Of a DNA stretch of 64,000 nucleotides, positions 13,251 to 25,396 are shown one piece after another (position 1 is the first letter of the stretch; the number at the start of each line of letters is the position of its first letter). Made by a program: the position numbers and the translations under genes. The notes under the pieces are model-generated. The model had not been told where the DNA came from and searched no databases. It saw nothing but the letters and a program-made list of their open reading frames with translations. Source of the DNA: Lytechinus pictus (taxonomy: Eukaryota); assembly GCF_037042905.1 (NCBI RefSeq), contig NC_087245.1, positions 30,692,001 to 30,756,000 on the forward strand, given 5' to 3'.

Positions 13251-13593
13251 TTATATATCAGCCTGAATTAAGTGACAGGAAGGTTGTAGTTCTGTTATAA
13301 AACTTTAAAAGATCGATGAGTTTCTTGAATTCCAGATTAAGAATTCGACTTTTTTTTCTTTTTTTATTTGCAGAGGAGAATGACACAGTCGGCTTGTCTC
13401 TTATTTGGTCGAGATTGCCATGTTAGGGGAAAATATGTTACCGTGGTCCTAATAACTAAAAGGGGGAAATAAACACCACCAAAAAGCATGGAAAGAGAGA
13501 CTCTAGATTTTTAGTCAGTTTACCATTTTAATCATCATGCAGAAAAAACTCCGTATTGGCCTGCGTTTTTGCCGGCGATCGGATAATAATTAA

Positions 13594-14180
13594 AGGTCAA
13601 GTCCACCCCAGATAAATGTTGATTTGAATCAAGAGAGAAAAATCAAACAAGCATAATGCTAAAAATTTCATCGAAATCGGATGTAAAATAAGAAAGTTAT
13701 GACATTTGGAAGTTTCGCCTATTTTTCAAAAACAGTTCTATTCACAAATCAGTGACATGCAAATGAGAGAGTCGATGATGTCCATCACTCACTATTTCTT
13801 TTGTTTTTCATTGTTTGAATCATACAATATTTCATATTTTACCGATTTGACATTAAGGACCAACTTAACCGAACCATAAAATGTTATAAAAATGGTAATG
13901 CCACATGTTCAGGGAGGAATACAATTTTGTTTCATATGAAAATGAGGAGAAAATTAGAATATTTCATATTTCAAAAGAAATAGTGAGTGATGTTATCAGT
14001 TCCCTTATTTGCGTACCGACCAGGATGTGCATATAACTTTTTTTGTGAAATTAAGAGAATCTTAAAAATGTCATAACTTTCTTATTTTACATCCGATTTT
14101 GATGAAATTTTCAGTTTTATGCTTGTTGGATTTTTCTCTTTTTCTTCGAATCAACTTTTTTGTTGAGGTGGACTTGTCCT
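13594..14180. mobile_element. Kolobok-like non-autonomous element
   Basis: TTAA TSD; long TIRs AGGTCAAGTCCACC / GGTGGACTTGTCCT. Confidence 0.85.
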
Positions 14181-14224
14181 TTAATTAAGAAAATCATACT
14201 TATTATATCAAAGTAAAAAGAAGA

Positions 14225-14295
14225 TGCACTGGCCGGGAATCGAACCCGGGCCACCCGCGTGGCAGGCGAGAATTCTACCACTGAACCACCAGTGC
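14225..14295 (-). tRNA. trnG-GCC: tRNA-Gly (GCC)
   Basis: GCACTGGTGGTTCAGTGGTAGAATTCTCGCCTGCCACGCGGGTGGCCCGGGTTCGATTCCCGGCCAGTGCA: 71 nt, full cloverleaf, A and B boxes, T5 Pol III terminator a few nt downstream. Confidence 0.98.
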
Positions 14296-14935
14296 GCACG
14301 TATCGAAACTCGTAAATTGATGTTTTTAGATTAGGCCGAATTATATCTTAATTCCCACCGTCAAGTGATTTATTTACAAATTAACTCAACCGCCCAAAGT
14401 TTAGCTCATTTGTTGATGCCCTCTACGTTCGTTGGATAGCATAAAAAGAAGAAAGGAAGTGACGTCATATTGTCTTGGAAACGGTTACGATTTATAGGCA
14501 TAAAAGCAGAATTTTGGCGTTTAGTACTCCTAACATTACTTCGAATATCAAATAAGATAAAACTGCTTGTTAGATAAACTTTCTTGTTCGGACTTTAATA
14601 TTTATGCAAGACGCGGTATTTTTCAATTTTTGGTTGCATTTGATCGTAGAGTGCAATTTTTGGTCGCCTTTGATCGTAAAGTGCCCGACGGGGTTCAACG
14701 ACGGCCTTGTGAAATACGGACTCGATGATCAGGGGGAAAGAGGGGGAATACCTTACACGTCATTCACAATGCTACTTGAAGTACGCATAAAACAACAGCT
14801 GGAACCAAAAAGCATAACCATGCTCACACCTGAACATGTGAATAGAAGTTCTTGTGCGTTGTAACAATAGTCATAATAATTAATATCCATATCGCCTGGG
14901 GTAGACAATAATCTTTCGGCAAGACATTGTCAACT

Positions 14936-15075
14936 CTAGTCATGGCAACCGTATAAACATTTCAAGAGATCTTTAGGGGGTCTTTGGGGGCACATGCAGT
15001 CATATTGAGAAAAATTGAACCAATATAGCGGTAACTTATTAGCACTTTAGGGATAAATTGACGCTTATTACGTAG
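14936..15075 (+). promoter_or_regulatory. Candidate promoter and non-coding first exon of caveolin-like gene A
   Basis: X-box-like CTAGTCATGGCAAC at 14936-14949, TATAAA at 14952-14957, then a consensus donor AG|GTAAGT at 15075/15076. The link to gene A is inferred. Confidence 0.45.
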
Positions 15076-15485
15076 GTAAGTCGAGAATATTTTTCGATTT
15101 TGAGAATTTTATATAATATTACATGTAATGTCATCCAAACTTAAGCCATGCAATTTCCAGCGAAGTTGAAAGTGGGGGGGGGGGGGGGTCAGAGAAAAAA
15201 AAGAAATTTCCTCTTTTAAAACGGATATTTTTTGCATATCTACCCACCACGAAATGACATTAAGCATAAACTTACAGATTTCGTTTTTACATGAAGTAGC
15301 TGTGTGTCTCGTGGTAATGTAAAATTGGCAAAACCTTTCCGAAGGAGATTTCTTAATAAAGAGTATTTACATACTAAGCTATAAATTCCGCGAGCGAGCG
15401 AGATGTTTGGAGAAAAAAAATCTTAAATCGTAGAACTTTCTTCATGGTCTATTCTGGCGCTAATTACAACTCTGATTTATAGGCA

Positions 15486-16915
15486 CAGTGGCGTAAATAA
15501 GGGGGCACGTGCCCCCCCCCCCCCCCCCCCCATCGGCTGGCTCCCCTCCACCCAAAAAAAAAAAACCGGGGAAAAGGGAGAAAAAGAGGGAGAAAAGAAG
15601 GAAAACGTAGTGGGAAAGAAGAAATTATTGTTCATTATAATGTTATATTATATTATAATTACGTTATATTTTATCACATAAGAAACATGTTTTTCATAAC
15701 TTTAACGAGATATATAATCCTGTTGTACTAAAACCTCCCGTTTTCAAGTCAATATACACCAAATATTCATCGCACTTCGAGTTATTATTGTTTTATGCAG
15801 TGACATATGCTTCTTTTTCATGACTACTTTAAGTGATTGCCCCGTCTAAGGTCTCAGTATATAAAACATTCATAAAACATATAAACACATCCTGTCCGTG
15901 CTTACGTTCGCATTAGTGGATTGGTGAGATATTTCTGCTCTTCATAAATTCCTAAAATCAGTCCTTAATATGTCCCTTTTTTTATCTGAATATCAAATAT
16001 TTTCAGCTCGCACTTCGCGCTCGCATCAATTGGTTAGTGAAATACGTATGGTCTTAGTGAATTCCTACAAACAAGCCTTAGAATGCTCCTCTTCAGATCT
16101 GAATTTCCTACATTTTCAGCTCGCGCTTCGCGCTCGCAATAATTGACGTGAGGTGCGCATGATAATCATGATTACAATGACTACAAAAAGTGTTTCATGT
16201 GTTTAGGTGTAATTCTAACATAATCAGCAAGCGCTTGGCACTAGCATTAGATGACTGTGGTGAGATATGTATACTTTTAATGGATTCCTTAAAAATAGTC
16301 CTTAAAATATTTATCCTTTTTTGGGTCAATATATACACAAATTTTAGCTCGCGCTCGCATCATTTGGTTAGTGAAATACATATGATCTTCGTGAATTCCT
16401 ACAAACAAGCCTTAAAATGCCCCTCTTCTGGTCTGAATTTCCTAAATTTTCAGCTCGCGCTTCGCGCTCGCAATATTTGATTGGTGAGATGCGTATGTTA
16501 ATCATGATTACAATGACTACAAGTGCTTCATGTGTTTAGATGTAATTCTAACAAAATCAGCAAGCGCTTGGCACTAGCATTAGATGACTGTGGTGAGATT
16601 TGTATACTCTTAAAGGATTCCTTACATATTACAGTCCTTAAAATGTCCCTGTTTTAGGTCAATATATACAAAACTTTCAGCTCGCGCTTCGCGCTGGCAT
16701 CGTTTGTTTAGGGAGACAGGTACGTATCATTACCAAAAAAATGCTTATGATGTCCCTTTGTAGGTCTGAATATCAAAAGTTTTCAGCTCGCGCTTCACGC
16801 TCACATTATTTGATCATTGAGATACATATACTCCGTTTAATGGCACTGTCCTTAAATGTCAATATTATGTCAGTATACGTGGCACCTGAGCGCGCTTCGC
16901 GCGCTCACTAAATGA
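15486..16915. mobile_element. Truncated CAGTGGCG-type TIR element with GCTCGCGCTTCGCGCTCGC repeats
   Basis: Same left end and internal repeats as 25397-26749; right end not seen. Confidence 0.7.
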
Positions 16916-16916
16916 C

Positions 16917-16947
<31 letters not shown>

Positions 16948-17139
16948 ATAGAAACGAACAGGGGCATTTATCATAAGTAAATAAGGGCATGTTCAAACGG
17001 GGTACGGGGCACTTAATCAAAAGTGAAAAGGGACACACTGCAGAAGGAAAAAAAATCACAATGAAAAAGAAAAGGAGCTTATAAACTCATTTCGAAAGGG
17101 ATTAAAAGATGCGATTGCAGAAGGGAATTAAACGCTTTA

Positions 17140-17451
17140 GGCCCGTATTCTGAAGTCAGGTGTAACTTAGACCATGGCCTAACTCTGTACTTAAATTATG
17201 GGAAGCCAAATGTCTCAAAAAATTTATTAAGTTGTGCATTTCTTATGTTTACTGTGCTCTTTCCTGAATCATCGATGGTGAAGACGATCACTCTATTTAT
17301 ACTTCCTAGACAATTATGAATGATTTGAGAGCCAATTGAGCTGAATTATGATATCTCTATTGTTTGGTGATTATGTAACAATTGGCTGTCCATACTTAAA
17401 CCACAAGTTTAAACCTGAGCTTAAGTTAAACCTGACTTCAGAATACGGGCC
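17140..17451. mobile_element. MITE (Harbinger-like), copy 2
   Basis: Near-perfect TIR GGCCCGTATTCTGAAGTCAGG; homologous to 5941-6254. Confidence 0.88.
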
Positions 17452-18325
17452 TAAAAAAAGGAAAACAGTCGCTGATCTTGGAATGAAAAGAGCGGTTTAA
17501 AAAGGGTAATTCATCTTATGTGAGAATGTGTACAGAAGGCAAAGGGGCAATTTTTATTACACAAAACGGGTCATTCTAAGATAAAAAGGGACACTGAATA
17601 TGTTGGTAAGGGGGTATTTTTTTAGGTAAAAGGGGCAATTTGTGAATATTTATTTATTTCATTCACCATAAAGCATGAGTACATGAAAATGAGAATATCA
17701 TAAAGAATTTAAGGTAAACAGAAAGGACAAATACAATTACATAACAAACAATTTTGGGGGGAATTGGGGACGACAACAGAACTAGAAGCCTTATAAACGC
17801 CGACCCCTTTGTACAAAAGTCAAAGCGAATGCATGGTATATGACATAATAAAAACAATAAACCATAAACAGATGGATGGGGGGAAATGAGAAAAGACATG
17901 CAAGCAAATAAAATATATTTAGAAACGTAGTAACTCAATCAACATAATGCAAACTCAAAAGATGAGACTTTAATTTTTTTATAACTTTTTGAAGAAGAGA
18001 TATTTTTTTAATGTACAAGGATATTTTTCAAGACTATGGGGTCTTTAAAATAAGTTGATATTTTTGCAACATTTATTCTTATCTTGGATAAATGAAAATT
18101 TGTGGTAGTACAAAGATTATAATCATAAATGGTATTACCGAGAGAAAATGTAAAAAGCATATATGTTTTATCTCAGACTCTCAGTATAATTATCATTTGG
18201 AACACACACATGTAAACATGTAAAAGTGACAATATTGAAAGTATTTGTGTCATATATTCAAGTGAATTAAAGTAAAAAGAAAATTAAAAAAATGTGAAAG
18301 GCACTGTAAATCATATTATATCATA

Positions 18326-20163
18326 CAATGGCGTAACAGGCGGGGGGGGGGGGGCATGGGGACAAGCTGCCCCCACCCCCCCCCCCCCCACTGGCAGATT
18401 TCACCAGGAAAATAAAAAACGGGAAAAGAGAAACGAGGGAAAGATAGAAAGGGAAAGGGGAAGAAAAAAGAAAGAGAAGAAAGGGAAAAGGGAAGGGACA
18501 AAATCAAAAGAAAGGGAAAACATAATAGGGAAAATGGAAGGAAAGCGGGAAAAGGAAGGAAAGAAGAACATGCAAGGAAGTACAAAATATAGTACATTAG
18601 CATGATAAGCAAGAGAGGTATATAAAATCAAAAGATATATGACCCAATGCATGGCACGGGCAAGAATGGCGGGAAAATGAAAAGGGGAAAAGAAACGGGA
18701 AATGAAGGTAGAGCCAAAATCTAAATTTGAAAATCAGAATATGAAGAAAAGGGACAAGAAAAAAGAGAAGAACTTAATAACACGACCTGGCTGCTGATGA
18801 TTAAAAAATATAAAGAACGGGAAGAAAGGTGGATGGCGTCTGTTTTTTATAAGCTTGCTAAATTTTATGCAATAATGGTCGCAATCAGGACAAAAAAAAT
18901 CCTTAGCCAAGGGTTAGTTATATCCCCCTATAATCATGTCCTAACCTAAGTAAAGCTTTACGCTGGCTAGATTTACCGTAAAAAGCCTCTTAATGTTTAC
19001 TTTGGCTAAATTTTAGTAGGCCAAATTTTTCTGGCTCACTTTGCTCGCTGGCGACTTTTACAAAATTTTCCACGGCTATGTTGTGCTGCCTACTAAGATT
19101 TCGTTTATTATCCGCAATTGCGTTGAAGTTATGTGTTGTGTATGTACCCGCGATTTGATAAAACAGTGGTCATCTGCAATGTTTAAAAATATCACGAGTT
19201 TCCGGGGGCTCCGCCCCAGACCAGTGGCGGCACCAAGGGGAGGAGGCACGGGAGGCATTTACCCCTAGTTAGTTGGCCCCACCCCCGAAATTTTGAAAGA
19301 TATAAAAATGTATAGAAAATGTTGTCATAAGCATCCTTACTATATAAAGCTGCAAAGTGCTTCAAAACAGCTTTTTCGCACTTTAAATTTTGAAAAAATA
19401 GTCATTCATCATGTTCATTCACTGTTAGCTCCCAACAATTTTTGCCACTAACATAAGTTTATCAGGTCATTACATAAAATTGAAAATAACGGTTGACTGA
19501 GATAAGTAAACTATCTGTTCACATGGGGCTTAAGAAATCCAATGTTCAAGTCAATATGCTTCTCGCGATTAGAGTTTTCGTTATTCGTTTTAGCGAGATA
19601 CACATCCTAATTCATAATTTTCATTTTAAAAATTTCAGCTCGCGCTATGCGCTCGCATCAATTATTTAATTAGAGAGCCATCCAGTTAATGATTACAAAA
19701 ATGCTTAGAACGTTCAGTTATCTTCTCAGGATATCAAAAAATTTCAGCTCGCGCTTCGCGCTCGCATTACTCATTAAGTGAGATATCATCTTCATGACCC
19801 AATACAAACAGCTGGTCCCTTTTCAAGTCAGTAGGGTCTACATTTAAAAAAAATTAGCTCGCGCTTCTCACTCGATTTTGAGAAATATGCAAAATATTTG
19901 TGTGTTGCCCCCCCCCCCCCGCCCAAATGTTTTTTTACCTCCCTTAGGCTAAAAATCCACATATTTTACTTGCTGGCCCCCAAAAGTTCTACAACCGAGA
20001 ACAAAAAAGAAAAGATGAAAGAAAATCAACTTTATCAACAACGCGCCATGCTGTGGCCACTTATCAAGCTCGGGGCACAATCATTAAAAATACCATGAAA
20101 TGACCGGGAAATGTTTGGCTCTTGCCCCCTCCCCCCTGGCCACCGACCCCTGTTACGCCCCTG
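18326..20163. mobile_element. hAT-like non-autonomous element
   Basis: CAATGGCGTAACAGG..CCTGTTACGCCCCTG with 8-bp TSD ATATCATA/TTATCATA; ends just over 80 bp before the gene A ATG. Confidence 0.75.
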
Positions 20164-20246
20164 TTATCATAACGAATTAGAATACGTTTCTTGTCTACAC
20201 TTGATCTTAAGGACAGGAGGATTTACAGTGATTAAAAAAGAAAAAC

Positions 20247-20540
20247 ATGGATCATCAGGTTCATCCAGCGGAAACTGCTCCTGTGGGACAGAGACTATCA
20301 AGAGAAAGTCAACACTTGCAGCAAGAACACGTACCAGGGATGTCATCACAAATACATCTACCGCCGCTGCAACACGTAACACCACCGACACTGCTACAAG
20401 TTCAAGAACCAGCATCGCAACAAACAGAGATACCATTGCAACCATTACAAACGCCGAGATCGCAACAACAGTTGCCAAATGATGGCGGTGCCTCTGATCT
20501 AGCTGAGAAAATGATATACGCTTTCCCTGAACATGTTTCG
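20247..20540 (+). CDS. CAV: Caveolin-like gene A, coding exon 1 (98 aa; Q/P-rich N-terminus ending MIYAFPEHVS)
   Basis: ATG at 20247, open frame to GT donor at 20541 (phase 0). C-terminal motif IYAFPEHV parallels DIYKFTPHV and DIYALTPHI in paralogues B and C. Joined CDS 20247-20540, 21965-22045, 28250-28477 = 200 aa. Confidence 0.85.
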
Positions 20541-20931
20541 GTATATATATAGGCCTATATTTTTTTTTATTCATCCTATGAAAGAAATGTTTTTCAATCA
20601 AATTTTGTTTGAAGTATCTCACAGAATGCTCTTTTGAAATTGCTCAATTATGAATTTACTGGGTGCATTTATTGATCAATGAGGTTTTTTTTTCTCCACT
20701 ATATCTTCCGCAGCACCATGAAGTGAAATGTCAGTAGGGAGTTTCGCACACCGACGCAGAACAAAATACAACGCAGCCAATGCATTGGAAAAGCTCGTCA
20801 AATCACAAAAAAGTTTTTGTCAATGGTCGGTGAATCTCAACAGCAGTTTCGTCCTACGTTCCAGAGCTGATGGAAAATCGCAAATATGTTGTGTTGTTTG
20901 TCCAGAGTCACAGACGAAACTGCTGTTGTTT

Positions 20932-21438
20932 CGGTTACACTTCGTAATTCCGAAGGTTCGTAATTCCGAAGGTTCTTTATTCCGAAGGTTCGTAATTCCG
21001 AAACACGTAAATTGCCTATACCTCGATGTTCGTTAATCCGAAAACATAAAAGGGTTCGTTAATCCGAACATTTGTGGCGTTATTCCGAAGGTTCGTTATT
21101 CCGAAGGTTCGATAATCCGAAAACGAAATAAGGTTCGATGTTCCGAAGGTTCGATAATCCGAAAACGAAATAAGGTTTGTTGTTCCGAAGGTTCATTAAT
21201 CCGAAAACGAAATAAGGTTCGTTGTTCCGAAGGTTCGTTAGTCCGAAAACGAAATCAGGTTTGTTAATCATTTCGTTTTCGGACTAACGAACCTTCGGAA
21301 TTACGAACCTCGTTTTGTTTTCGGAATAACGAATCTTCGGAATTACGAACCTTCGGAAATACGAACCTTCGGAATAACGAACCTTCGGAATATCCGAACC
21401 TTCGGAATAACGAAGCTTCGGAATTACGAATGTATGCG
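20932..21438. mobile_element. Foldback-type MITE built from inverted CCGAAGGTTCG arrays
   Basis: Arrays of TTCCGAAGGTTCG on the left and the reverse complement on the right; direct repeat GTTGTTT at both flanks; nested inside an older palindromic repeat. Confidence 0.85.
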
Positions 21439-21964
21439 GTTGTTTCGATTCACCAACCCTCGACAAAGACTCCGTTGTGATTTGACTTGCATTTTCAATA
21501 AATGTACTTCGTTGTAAAATTCATTCTGCGGCCACTGTGCGAAAATTCACTTTTTACTCGTTCAAGCGTATCAATATGAATATCTAGAGTTATTATTTAC
21601 ACAGATATACGATCGAGTGCATGGAATTGTTCACAATTTGATCAGATCATCAGCACATTCAAAATTGTGGATTTTAACAGTCAGGCAAATGGGAATCCGA
21701 TTTCAGGGCAGTCTTGAGCATGAGAAGCCATTGTTCATTCAGACTTGAAAATAATCCGCTCATCTTGATCTTCCCTCAGCCTTTTTTCAAGTTTTTTAAA
21801 ACTAATTTTTCCGATAATAATTGACAGTTATCATCTGTGGTCAAGTTTAAAATGTAAACTTTGCTTCCGGGACACTTGCTTCGAATGAGGGAAACAACTA
21901 AGAATTTTCAATTTCAGGTTTTTAATTTGATTTATTCTGGATATACATTCTCCTTCTTGTTCAG

Positions 21965-22045
21965 ATCGGTTTCACTGACACATTCAAGGAGTCTGAGGAT
22001 TTCAAAGGATTCGAATGTAACGGGTTAATCTATAAATACACTCAC
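21965..22045 (+). CDS. CAV: Caveolin-like gene A, coding exon 2 (IGFTDTFKESEDFKGFECNGLIYKYTH; signature/scaffolding region)
   Basis: Pyrimidine tract + CAG acceptor, GTAAGT donor, 81 nt, phase 0/0. Aligns to CAV1 [20 protein letters not shown] and ends in KYTH as in B and C. Confidence 0.9.
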
Positions 22046-22168
22046 GTAAGTATCCATTTCTCCTCCCCTTCCCACTTTCATGGACTTATGAATTTATCCA
22101 ATAAAATATCGTAAATAGTTTGAGATAGCAAAGGCAACATTCTTTTACCACAGCAAGCAACAGGGGCA

Positions 22169-22330
22169 GAGGAACGTGTGGTCCAGTGGTTAGAGCATTG
22201 GACTCATAATCGCAAGGTTGTGAGTTCGAATCCCCACTCTACCATCGTCTCCGCTTTGATAAAAAGGGCCGAGAGTAATATCTGTCGTCTATAAGGTCAG
22301 ACACTTTGACTGATTAACCTAGACCCAAAA
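22169..22330 (+). mobile_element. tRNA-derived SINE
   Basis: A box TGGTCCAGTGG and B box GTTCGAATCC, no complete cloverleaf, continues into a non-tRNA body. Confidence 0.7.
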
Positions 22331-22339
22331 TGTTTACTA

Positions 22340-23370
22340 GATTCATTTTATATGGAGAAAATGTGGTATTTATAATATCCCTTTGGAATGGTTGAAGTCT
22401 TGCCTTCGCAACAGAATAAAAAACTGTATATTGCCACGGTCTATTTTATCATCTTACCAAAATGTTACTATTGGAATCCCACAGGGAAGTGTTCTGGGTC
22501 ATATGTGGTTCCTAATTATGATTAATGATATCTCTGAAAGTGTAAATGGCACATGTAACATATTTGTGGATGATGTTGTCATGTATAATACTGGTCCAAA
22601 TATAACAACAATAAATTTGATATGCAAAATAATTTAGAAAATATAAAAAAGTGGTAAGACACTAATCATCTTACAATTAATGTTGATAAGACAAAAGTAA
22701 TGATGCTCAAAAATAGATCCATGGATAAACTTCACTTATTCATTGATAAGCCAGTAGAACAAGTCAAAACTTCTATATATCTTAGTCGAAATAGACGAAA
22801 ATCGGAAATGGAATTCAAACATTGCTTAATTGTCAAAAAATAGCTTAGGCCTATACGATTTTTTCACTTGGTAAATAACGACATATTCTAAATAAAAAGC
22901 TATTGAATATATTATACAAATCCAATATACAACCCTGTTTCGACTATGCAATATCAGTCTGGGGAATTAAAGTTGGCTCAAATGCACACTCAAAACTTAA
23001 CAGACTTCAGAAACGAGCTGCCCGATATGTTACTGGAAATTTCGATCTTATGAATTATACATGTAGTGGGGAACAGATTGTTAAGGAGATTAAATGGACA
23101 TCTGTTTAACAAAAAAGTGACTATTTTTAATCAAACTTAATGTATAAATGTATTCATGGACTGGCCCCATCTCGTTTATGTTATAATATTGAAATGGTTT
23201 GTGAAAGACATGGTGTTAGAACACGTAATTATAATGTTGTTCCGCCTAAACCCAATATTGAATGCTTAGTCAAAAAATCTTTTATGTTTTCGCCGTACGG
23301 GTCTGGAAAAATTTACCAGATTATGCAGTTTCAGGCTTTCAAAATAATTATCCTTTAAAAGATGTATTTC
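22340..23370 (+). mobile_element. Decayed CR1/L2-group LINE RT fragment
   Basis: GIPQGSVLGHMWFLIMINDI..IFVDD (RT motifs), FDYAISVWG..LQKRAARYVTG, MYKCIHGLAP; multiple frameshifts. Confidence 0.88.
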
Positions 23371-23589
23371 TAATGATAAAACGTCAATTTTCACCTCACG
23401 TTGGTTGTAATACACAATTATCATGAGCTCGATTTTTCGACCTGGTAAATAACCATGTATTTACAATTTTTACTTAAAAAGGCGCCGCTCGACCCGCACG
23501 CCGCACGCCATATACCTCATGCCAGAACCTGAATGTTGTGTCACAGCGCAAAAAAGCGAATGATCTCCAACAGACATAAGTCCTGTGTG

Positions 23590-25357
23590 CAGGGGCGTAG
23601 ACAACGGGGGGGATGAGGGGGATGCATCCCCCCCACCTCACAAGGTGGGGGGGATGGCATGTACAATCATCCCCCCCAGGTTTTGGGGAATGATTTTTGG
23701 TTACTTAATAAGTCATAATGATGATAATAATAGTAATAATAATAATGATAACAATTATAATATTAATGATAATAATAATTATGATGATGATGATAATAAT
23801 CCTCATCATTATTATAATTGTGTTTATTGTTATTAGCCGCATTCACACGGTGAAAGCCAATTCAGACGGTAAAAAAAAGAAAATCTTACAAGTATTTTGT
23901 GGTTATCTTGTGGTTTGGAAACCACAAGACAACCACAAGATTAATCGCGCATATTTTGCAGTGCGCGCAATCTCGTGGTGTGGAAACCAAAAGATAACCA
24001 CGAGTTTTGCGTGTTCAAATGGGGCAAACCACGTGTTATAGGCATTATACATTGTGTGCAAAATGCATCAGCGCAATCTAAAACAGAATAGAAAATGAAT
24101 GTGATACAACAGTATACATAATAATTCGTGACAGAGAGTACCATACTACTATCTTTATAACATATATAATTATGTATAATCATGAATTGTTCAACTTCAT
24201 GCTCCCACTATATGACTATTGTTACACTAATACTGATATCAGGACTGACTGGTATACATTAGTTTGTTGTTAAGCTTGCAGCAGCTACATCTTTTCTGTA
24301 TTGTTAACTATTTATTTATTTTTGTTTTATTTAAGATGCACTTTGTTTTGTATTCATTTAAAGTATGTTGATTGATGCATGAAGACATAAGTTTGAAATG
24401 TTTAAAGAAGTTTGTTTCATGTAAAGCGCAGTGTGAATTTACCCTGTCTTGAAATGCGAGATAAAAGAGTATTAAGCATTATTATTTGTATTAGTATTAT
24501 TTTTTATTTGTATTATTATTATTATTATTATTATTATAAGACTGAGATCAAATAGAAGTAAATAATGCCCTAATTTGAAACGATGCAATGCCGTTATGGT
24601 TCCGATTTCTTCACAAACTTACAAAGCAGTATTGTTACTCCATGGATCATAGTGATACTGTTTATGTTTTTTGTATCTGTATGTTAATGAGCCGCCAGCC
24701 AATATCCATCTATGGATACTATGCCTGTTTCTTTGAGGTAAAAAAAAAGCATAGTATGTACGTATTCATTATGCTTTATAATGAACAGACATATTGTTAT
24801 TTGTTTGTTGTTTATGTGTTCTATTCACAAATGGCCACAGAGGCTGTTTTCATTCATAACCACATACCCATATCAAGACAACAAAGACTATACCTGCGTG
24901 TACACAGTTGACATTGGTTTTTTTTTCTGAAGAGGTGTAACAGCAAAATTCACAGAGATAAATAAATACGTAGTGTGGTTCAATATGCAATACTATGTGT
25001 CAGTCCATTCTGTATTCGTATGCCACGGTGTGTAGATCTTGTCGATGTATGTCTGTCCATTCAATTAAGGCGTAGTATGTGTGTGGTGCGCGCACCCGTG
25101 TGTGTGTGTGGGGGGTGAGTATGTGTGTGTGTGCGTGCGCGCTTGTGTGTGTTATTTTACCTCATTAAGTATGCATCAGATTGCACGATTTCAAGTTCAA
25201 AATTGCAAAAGCTCCCTACCGTGGGAGGGGGGACAACCCCCTCCCACACCCTCCCCCCGCTCGGTCGCTTCGCTCCCTCGCTCGGGCGCTTCGCGCCCTC
25301 ACTAGCGTTGGCAGCCCAGTCATCCCCCCCAGGTGCACGAACCTGTCTACGCCACTG
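23590..25357. mobile_element. hAT-like non-autonomous element with nested repeats
   Basis: CAGGGGCGTAGACA..TGTCTACGCCACTG, perfect 8-bp TSD CCTGTGTG. Confidence 0.85.
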
Positions 25358-25396
25358 CCTGTGTGACTCTGTATATATCAGTGGACCAATGTGTGG

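Noticed and set aside
14117..14299. 60-aa ORF
   Set aside because: Translation of the tRNA-Gly gene and the adjacent transposon end.
20111..20622. Overlapping 123-aa (+) and 151-aa (-) ORFs
   Set aside because: Shadow frames of gene A exon 1; only the 20247 frame splices into the caveolin domain.
20932..21438. CRISPR-like regularly spaced repeats
   Set aside because: Spacers are not unique, the arrays are inverted about the centre, the DNA is eukaryotic and there are no cas genes; it is a foldback MITE.
22169..22250. Possible tRNA gene
   Set aside because: Acceptor stem does not close and the sequence continues into a SINE body; same for 45420, 46725 and 56075.
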